Of a stretch of DNA of 21,226 nucleotides, positions 1 to 7,970 are shown piece after piece. Under the pieces are notes generated by a model that saw only the letters and a program-made list of their open reading frames with translations, ran no database searches and was not told the origin of the DNA. Position 1 is the first letter of the stretch, and each line of letters opens with the position of its first letter. Where the stretch lies: positions 1-21,226 of the forward strand of contig JBHGNT010000537.1 of NCBI GenBank assembly GCA_043228905.1. The letters are read 5' to 3'. The translations under genes and the position numbers were made by a program. This DNA comes from Azolla caroliniana. Taxonomy: Eukaryota > Plantae > Polypodiophyta.

Positions 1-59
1 GCTCCGGAAACTCTCCTCTTCGACGGAGATTTCCTTGCTTTCTTCTGCTTGGCCGCCAT
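1..59 (-). CDS. Probable first coding segment of a minus-strand gene running off the window start (MAAKQKKARKSPSKRRVSG...); basic NLS-like N-terminus, product unknown
   Basis: ATG at 59-57 in a good plant context (gctATGgcg), frame open to the window edge, GC/CpG-rich patch (1-150) in AT-rich DNA. Only 19 codons visible. Confidence 0.5.
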   Translation of the reverse strand, partial: MAAKQKKARKSPSKRRVSG

Positions 60-245
60 AGCTCACGTCGTTCGGTCGCTTCTCGTTCCAAGTATTAGCA
101 AGCAAGCGGGCAGATTAGGTATTTACGCTGCATACCCCTACCCACGTCTCCATATTACACACCTTCTTGTTTATAATAATTACCAAAATACCCCTATCCT
201 TTCACTAGCTACCAACACATAATATGCCTATGCCTCTCTACTACT

Positions 246-401
246 GTTTTCTTTTGTTTTTTTAGTAACACTTTTATTACTAGTGGGAAACCTCAAAGTG
301 AGGTGAAAACCCACAAAGAATAAAGAAAATTATACAAGTGTCGATTAGACACTAAAGAGCTTAAAAGCACTCAATGTAAAGATTGTAAATTTTGCAGTGT
401 C
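246..401 (-). mobile_element. 5'-truncated non-LTR retroelement tail (LINE 3' end or SINE) with 16-bp target-site duplication
   Basis: Flanking direct repeats ATGCCTCTCTACTACT (230-245) and ATGTCTCTCTACTACT (402-417), 15/16 identical. The minus strand reads stem-loop GTGGG..CCTCA-CTT-TGAGG..CCCAC, then AATAAA, then an A-rich tail next to the left TSD. Confidence 0.75.
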
Positions 402-1738
402 ATGTCTCTCTACTACTATTACCACCACACACCATCCAAAGTGTTTGGCTTGCATTCTCCAATTGAGAATACATCTACAAAGCTTTTACAGATATCATTT
501 TTAGAATGTTTTATAGATTTTATCTAACCTGACATGTTTTGTTATGCAATTGAAACATGGTTTGATCAAAACTAGTACTTGATAAACTTCACAATAGTGA
601 AGTTATGTAATAAGTACCCTCAAAATCATCTCCCAAAACATGGCATTATATGGAAATCGGCAAGTAAAAGCATAATATCGACAACAAAACTTCAAATTTA
701 ATACAAAAATGTTAATGTCATCGTCTCTCTTGGGAGAAGGACGCAAATGTGTCATTTGTATTATATATTATTGCTATTGTTTTTAAATACTCGATCACAT
801 CCGAAACCATGAAAATCCACCACTTTCTACTTTCCGCATGACCCATACATATCATGCTCTATAGTGGAGTCTATATGAGCTTTGAAATATTTCAAGACAC
901 AAGGATGTCGATGCTCTTCCATGTTCATGGATCCATCTTTTTGTGGTGAAACATATGCATGCACAATTCAATTGGGAGGCAAACTTTCTAGAAAGTCACC
1001 CATGCCAAATTTTGCGTCTTTGATATTTTACTCTAAAATGCAAGATTCCCCAATTTCCTCCACCCATTCAAACCCAAAGCCTGGAGGGTGCATTAGGAAA
1101 AATTTACACGTGAACTTGTCGTAGTGAAAAAACGTGATATCATCGTTATGCTTCTCTATTGGGGGTTAATAAAGGTTGAAGTAGAAGTTAACAAAACAAG
1201 ATCATGTGGTCTATCACTAGAAATATCTTACTACAAAATATTCACAACATCAACTATTGGTTTGAAGTTGTGGTGGGAAGTTATGACCTTTCTCTTAACT
1301 CATCTCCACGATTTCCACAACATAAACCACTTTCCAAATGGTCAACAAAGATGCACTTTAGATTCAGGAATATTCCAAGTGCTTAAAATGCCAAACATTT
1401 CCCTTGTCATAGGCTATAGCCAACTCAAATAAACCTCGTGCCATGTGAATAGTTGGAAAACATGATAGTTTCAAGCCTCTAATTTCTAAACAAAGCCACG
1501 TACACTTCTTCCACTTAAAAAATCACAGTAACACTTGAGACTTCATATTCAACGTATTTTTACCTTGATTAAAATCACGTATTCGTTGTTATTTCAGGAT
1601 TTCATATCGAATTATAGAAAATAATTACTCAATCGTGGAAAATGATACAAGCTTGAGACTTTGTTTGGATAATCACAAATTTGTTGGTTGGAGCTAAGTA
1701 CTTGTCATTGTTCTCTTTACCTCTTAGTCTAACCAAGT

Positions 1739-1887
1739 TGTGAAAAATAATATTGACTTCATCATATAGTAGATTCTATCATTCAAGTATGATAGTGTTG
1801 TACTTATCATACTTCGCTTGACCTATATAGGGTGTGAAAAATAGTATTGCTTACGTCACATAGTAAACTCTTTCACTCAATATGACA
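1739..1887. repeat. Degenerate ~55-bp direct repeat, 2 copies (period ~94)
   Basis: TGTGAAAAATAATATTG..CATATAGTAGATTCTATCATTCAAGTATGA (1739) vs TGTGAAAAATAGTATTG..CACATAGTAAACTCTTTCACTCAATATGA (1833). Confidence 0.65.
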
Positions 1888-3533
1888 CAAGCAACAATAC
1901 CTTAATTGAACCATCTTGTAATGAACTACTCTAAATTGAATACTCACATAACTCTAGTTGGAAAAAAAAGATGTTTCTAAAGTCAATAAAATACACACAT
2001 GGAGTATCATATCATGTTCAAAGACTTGTTTAATAGTTGCAAGTTAAAAATTCCAACCTCATATTTGTTTCTCAAATTAGACAATTGATGAGTGGTTGTG
2101 AATGATTTGGATTGTCGTATGAGGTACTCCTCAATATTTGATCTCCATGATGGGTAGGCTTCTCCATTCTCTATTTTAAGACATGTGGGTGTGTGTTGCA
2201 CCTGTAAAAGGTTGGTTATGATTGATAAATGGAATAGGGTTAAGCCCATTTTGATAATTGAACTTAAGTTTTGTCTTTTTCCTCGCTTTGATGCTATGTT
2301 TTAGAGGGATCCTCTTTAGTGAGTCGTTCATATCATTAACTTAATTCACTAACTTGTTAAATGATCATTATCAACATATATTGCACATGAGCTCCCAAAG
2401 CCTAGATATTCACAAAATGTCATTTGATAGTATCGAATTATTGGCATTGACTTTTCATTAATGATAGGTCAACTACCTCATCAATAAGGATCATACGTCA
2501 AATGCAATATTGCAAGTGCAAAGTTTGGGTTCCCACCAAATAAATTAGAAGTTTATTTGAGATTGTGTTCAAGATCCGGGAACAACATCACATCACATTC
2601 TTATGGATACTAACCAATATACTCAAACACAATATTCATATCCAAAAATATATATTGACTAGTATTTTTGAATGTAATGCTTGAGTTAGGTGACAAGCAT
2701 GTGTTGTGGTTGTGAAATTGATTATCTAAAGTTTTTTTTAGGAGTAAATTGTTATTGTGCGCGACCTCGAACAAAAAAAATGAAGAGTTATTATCATGAA
2801 CGTAACATCAAAGCCATTGCGTAAAGAAGCCATAACCTATGAGCTTTAAAGTATTAGTATTTAAACTCTTACTTTTTTGTAAAAAGGAAAATTTATTATT
2901 GAGACTCGTACTTGTTTACAAGGGATGTATAGTTGTGATCTTCAGAACCACAAGATGTACAATTTGATTGTACCCCCCTTAAAGAGAGATATTTGTATTT
3001 TTACCTGTATGGTATATAAAGGCAATGCTTGTACTTTATGCTTTACCACATGATGCCTTCTTCCTACTAATGTTGAGAGCTAAATCACCGTGTTACATTC
3101 AACCCTTGACAAGTATGATGTCTTGTTTCTTGCTATTTGGATAATCTTGATGCCAATATCCGAGAAACCCCTTTCATGCATTGGGAGGACACGAAGACAT
3201 ATTATGATAAAATGCAATCACACATGACAAGGATGCATACTCAACTATGTGTTCCATATTGAGAGGGCCCCAAGGCCGATAACCAAGGCTAGAAGTGTGC
3301 TGAATGCATAACTAGGACAGATAATGCAAAACAATTCACTACATGTCATCAACTAACAAAACGGTGTATCTACTTACATTAAGTAGTCAGAGTTCGAAAG
3401 GCTATGTACGTACTACGTAGTCTCATTTTCTTGAACTTGGTCGGAGGGTAATTCCCTGATTGATGTATAAGCCTCATTGTAATAATCCTTCCTAACTAAT
3501 GGGAAAGAAGCTTCATTTTGGGGAAAAAAAACC

Positions 3534-3780
3534 AACAAAAGGGTGTTTTCAAATGATGGAGTTAAAATAGAGCGCAATAGATTTTAGAGGGCGATCAAAA
3601 TTGCAAATACAATCACAAACAAAAGGGTGTTTTTCAAATGATGGGGTTACAAGAGAGCATGGTGGATTAGACAATGATCAAATTTGCAAATACAATAACT
3701 AACAATGGATGTTTTTTCAAATGCCGGGGTTACAAATAGAGCAGCATAGCAGATCAGACGATGATCGAAATTGCAAATAC
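3534..3780. repeat. Tandem repeat, 3 x ~83 bp, upstream of the small-protein gene
   Basis: Units start at ~3534, 3618 and 3701, each AACAAAAGGGTGTTTT(T)CAAATG..GGGTTACAA..AGAGC..GATCAAAATTGCAAATAC. Confidence 0.9.
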
Positions 3781-4019
3781 GTGAGCATTGTGAAGTTGTC
3801 GGATTGACATGGAGGCAAAGTATATGGTGTTTGCTTTGGGAGGAAGTTTGGGGGAAGATGAATTTATAATAGTTCTTTTTTTTGTGTGTGTGTGCATTGC
3901 ATGTGCTTTTCTATTTATTTTTATGCAATGTTGCTTTTTTTGCACCCTCCCCCTCTCTAAATAAACAAATAAACCCTCTCTTTCTTATACATACATATAT
4001 GTACATATCTGCCTTGCAA

Positions 4020-4190
4020 AGGAGAGAAGCCAGAGACTGAGACACAGGGAAGAGTCTTAGAGAGCAGCGTAGTGCTCGAAAGAAGAAGAGAAGAGAGAGA
4101 TATATAATAAGGAGGGCTAAAAACAAAAAACAAAAAGACTTTCAAGGAAGGAAGTAGAAGAAGGAACAATAAGGAAGAGAGGAGGAAGCC
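4020..4190 (+). promoter_or_regulatory. GA-rich core promoter/5' leader of the small-protein gene with TATA-like TATATAAT at 4101
   Basis: Long purine tracts and TATATAAT about 280 bp upstream of ATG 4378; TSS not determinable from sequence. Confidence 0.4.
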
Positions 4191-4377
4191 GCATGCCATC
4201 ATTGGGAGAGTTTCTGTTGCGTTCCTCACTGATTGGGTACTTCCCACCATAATCGTCGCTATTGTAAGGAGGTTTTGTGCCAATCTCATTCATTTGGGTG
4301 GTTCCTTGCCTGCTTCCTGCTGATCTTGATCTTGCAGTGATTTCTTTGAAGAGTTCGATCGAAGAGCAAATACTGCT

Positions 4378-5144
4378 ATGGGTTGCTTCAACCTCCTGGT
4401 AGCTCCTTTCCGGAAGCTCTGGCGTCGCTTGTTTGAGCCCCACCATCAACGACCAAGTAGGTCCCTTCTTTTTCCTTTCGATTTCAAGCAGTTAATCCCA
4501 CTTGTTATAGATCGAAAAGGCGCATCAATGATGCAATCAAATTATCCGGAGTTTTGGTTCTTTAATTCATATGTCCTAGTATTATGATCTTTTAATGTCG
4601 TCTCTACTAGTAATGATGCCGCGATTATTGGATGAACACATTATATCGATAATCATTTGAAGACATTGGGTCCTTCAATTCATATCGAATACTAACATTG
4701 TTACTCAGATGGATCAGATATCAACAAGATGAGCACGTAAATTTAGTTAAAATAAAATATATCTAATTTTAGATGATCTCCAACACAATTATCTATGATC
4801 GACTAGAAAATGTCCAGGAGCTTTGTCATGCACATTTGTGGTGTTAATTTAAAAAAAAAAAGGATGTTAAAAGGTAACTTTCCTTAAAAACAATGCTTGA
4901 ATCTTAGAATCCATCACTTGCATTATATTTTGTTCTAGGGAGATTTCAGTAAGAATATTTAATTGTGTAGCTTCTTTCTGAATCTTTGTTCTGGGCTTAG
5001 TTTGGATCTTGGTTTGGAAATACAGGGCGAACATTTGAGAAATTGTATCAGGATGTTCAAGCATGTGGTTATGAAGATGTACAAGTGATGTGGTCAATGA
5101 TTCACGAATCTCGCAGCAAGTTTGTAAGAGGAGCAAACAAATGA
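4378..5144 (+). CDS. 65-aa plant-specific small protein of unknown function (family with the conserved LYxDVxxCxYEDVxV(M/L)W core); exons 4378-4456 and 5026-5144
   Basis: Donor A|GTAGGT (4456/7) and acceptor TACAG|GG (5025/6) are phase-compatible. Spliced product: MGCFNLLVAPFRKLWRRLFEPHHQRPRRTFEKLYQDVQACGYEDVQVMWSMIHESRSKFVRGANK*, stop at 5142-5144. Family recognised from memory of the motif. Confidence 0.9.
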
Positions 5145-5559
5145 AGGAAACTTTTCCTTCTTCTTATGCTCTTTATTTTCATTTCTTCTATATGATATCC
5201 ATATGAAGAGTTTTATGTATATACACACACATTCAGTGCACTATTAGACCCTTCTTATATATACTTGTACAAACCATTTTTGTCGTTACCCTTGGGTATG
5301 CACATATACACTTCTAGTATTCTGCATGAATAGCGTAACTTTGTTTGACATCCCTTCAACTAGAAGCAAACATATACACAATTATATCATATATGTGATT
5401 TCGTTTTAGGGATGACAATTCATTGATCATGTACATTCGAATATTCGAGATGGAAAGGGCATATTTGTCCAACTACATTGCAAAGTTTCTAGTGTTTTAT
5501 GTTGTTACATGGTATTCATATAGTAAAACATGCTAAAGCTCGTTGGTTACGTGAATATT

Positions 5560-5609
5560 CTAAGATGCTTGATTTGTGTTGTTCACTAAGATGCTTGATT
5601 TGTGTTGTT
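5560..5609. repeat. 26-bp tandem duplication
   Basis: CTAAGATGCTTGATTTGTGTTGTT at 5560 and 5586. Confidence 0.9.
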
Positions 5610-5620
5610 ACATCATGTCC

Positions 5621-5844
5621 TGCAAACCAAATCTCTTATCCCTTGTCAACCAAAAATATTTACAAAATGTGTCCCATACAACAAAACATATAATGGGCTT
5701 GGGAAAACTACCTAGTTTTGTATGTATATGAACTTTTTCATGATTATGCAAACCAAATCTCTTATCCCTTGTCAACAAAAAATATTTGTGAAATATGTTT
5801 CCCATACTAATGAGCTTGGGAAAATCTACCTAGTTTTGTATGTA
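5621..5844. repeat. ~100-bp direct repeat, 2 copies (5621-5726, 5747-5844)
   Basis: Both start TGCAAACCAAATCTCTTATCCCTTGTCAAC and end CTACCTAGTTTTGTATGTA. Confidence 0.9.
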
Positions 5845-5894
5845 CGAATTTTAAAGGCCCTCTTCAGTCTAATATGTTCACAAGAGAGTAAAAA

Positions 5895-6084
5895 GACCCA
5901 CAGCTTCTAACAATGCTATATAGTTTTACAATATGGTGTTTGTAACATTATAGCACTTTCTAGACATCTAAAAGCAAGCAACAACATTTATCATACATGA
6001 CCCATAGCTTCTAACAATGCTATATAGTTTTACAATATGGTGTTTGCAACATCTAAAAGCAAACAACAACATTTATCATGCATG
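5895..6084. repeat. ~104-bp tandem duplication; second copy has a ~20-bp deletion
   Basis: GACCCA(C/T)AGCTTCTAACAATGCTATATAGTTTTACAATATGGTGTTTG at 5895 and 5999; the deletion is bounded by ACAT microhomology. Confidence 0.9.
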
Positions 6085-6993
6085 TTCATTAAGCTCTTGG
6101 CCTCATCAAAATATTTGTCACTAGCATAAACATAATAATCTAACTTGATATTGTCTAAATTCATTTATATAACATCTTGAGGATTTAACAATCATTGGTC
6201 AAAGATATGGATAGTAAAGAACACAATGGGGATGGAAGTACATAAAGGAGTAAGTATCAATGGCATTAAATGTCCTTATTTGACAATATTGATATTTGGC
6301 ATTATATTTCTGCCCTCAATTTTGTTTCAATAGAATGTTCGAGCAATTGTTGTGAATATTTAGAGGGATTGTTTAAATCCATTGTTTATCCTGCCATAAT
6401 CAACATGTATAAAATTTCACCCTTATGTTTTTGTCCCATATGCATGTATTTCTTAGCCATTTCTTACCATACATATCATATTTTCCATCTACATTTCACA
6501 TATATTATCACATTTTATTCTTCAATGACTTCAAATTCTTATTTGAAAGAGTGCATCTAACGTTAATGCTTGGTATCTCAATATGTGCTTCCTCGTAGAT
6601 AAAGAAAATAGTGACAAATATTTTTAAGTACAATGTTTATGAGTTTTTCCTTTTATTCAAAACAATTGGAAAATCAAGTCTAATACCATAGCCTACTATG
6701 AAGTTAGAAGTGGCAAGATTCTTTCAAACTAAAAAATTCCACTACATTTGATGGAGAGCACCATTCCTTGTGACACATGGTATGAGCTTTCATGTAAGAG
6801 AATATTGAAAGTTTGATCATAGAGGGTAACATATATAAGAAGTTGCTCCCATAGGATAAACGTTGAACCATTAGATTTGACTACTGGAACTGTAATTAAC
6901 TCATTAGTTTTGCCAGCGCAATTCAATTGCATTGTTTTGTATGATGACGTCACTTCCTCAACTAGCAAGAAGTTAGGAGGGAATGATGATGGC

Positions 6994-7704
6994 CATCTAG
7001 TCATAGATAACATGATCACTACTATCCATACAACACATACAAGAACAAGTCCATGAAATGATTTACAACGACAAATTCATACAAGAATACAATGGTTGAC
7101 ACATGAATGTCCTCTGCATGTTTTTCTAGAAGACAACAATGCACTAACCCCATGTGAATGCACCATCCTATTGTCATCTAGTCATAGATCACTACTGTCC
7201 ATACAACACATACAAGCAAGAACAAGTGCATGAAATGATTTACAACGCTATAATATAACGATTGACAATGAATGGCATCTTACCATGTTTTCCTAGAAGA
7301 CACGAACACACTAATACAGTGTGAACACACCCCATTATCATCCAGTCATAGCTCACACAATCGCTACTATCCATACATTGCATACAAGCAAGAACAAGTG
7401 CATAAAATGATTTACAACAACGAATTCATGCAAGAATACAATGATTGACATATGAATGGCATCTTACCATGTTTTCCTAGAAGACATCAACACAATAATA
7501 CCATGTGAACGCACCCCATTATCATCCAATCATAGATCACACGATCACTACTATCCATACAATGCATACAAGCAAGAACAAAGTGCATGAAATGATTTAC
7601 AATGGCGAATTTATGCAAGAATACAATGATTGACATGTGAATGGCCTCTTACCATGTTTTCCTCTGGAAGAAGACAATACACTAATGCCATGCGAACGCG
7701 CCCC
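6994..7704. repeat. Satellite-like tandem array, 4 x ~164-184 bp, directly upstream of CENP-C
   Basis: Units start at ~6994, 7175, 7339 and 7523 and share CATC(T/C)AGTCATAG..ACTACTATCCATACA..AAGAACAAGTGCATGAAATGATTTACAA..TTGACA..CATGTTTTCCTAGAAGAC..CATGTGAACGCACC. Confidence 0.92.
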
Positions 7705-7755
7705 TTCTAAGATTTATAATAATAATAATTATTAATAATTTTCCCTTCAAAGATT

Positions 7756-7860
7756 ACGACGCGCTAAGCCCATGTGAACGACCGCTTAGAAAGGGGTTTA
7801 GGGTTTTAAGGTTTTGCGAGAAGACAACTGCAGCGCACGAATCCCATGTGAACCCACTCT
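7756..7860 (+). promoter_or_regulatory. CENP-C proximal promoter: site II motif (AGCCCA, ~7768) plus telo-box (TAGGGTTT, 7799-7806)
   Basis: Motifs read directly 165-200 bp upstream of the ATG in a CpG-rich patch. The site II plus telo-box pair is an established signature of plant genes expressed in proliferating cells. Confidence 0.6.
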
Positions 7861-7970
7861 TATAAGATTTGCTCTCTCACACAGTTTTCCTGAAGTTTTC
7901 CTGTGTGAACTGTTCGACGACATTTCGAAAATTCAAATTCAAATGAAAATCTTCTTTCTGATAGAGCGCG

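Noticed and set aside
882-1432. Plus-strand ORFs of 60-102 aa
   Set aside because: No recognisable domain or exon structure; two begin at TTG/GTG.
3754-4449. Several minus-strand ORFs of 63-110 aa
   Set aside because: Low-complexity translations of the GA-rich promoter/UTR, antisense to the real gene.
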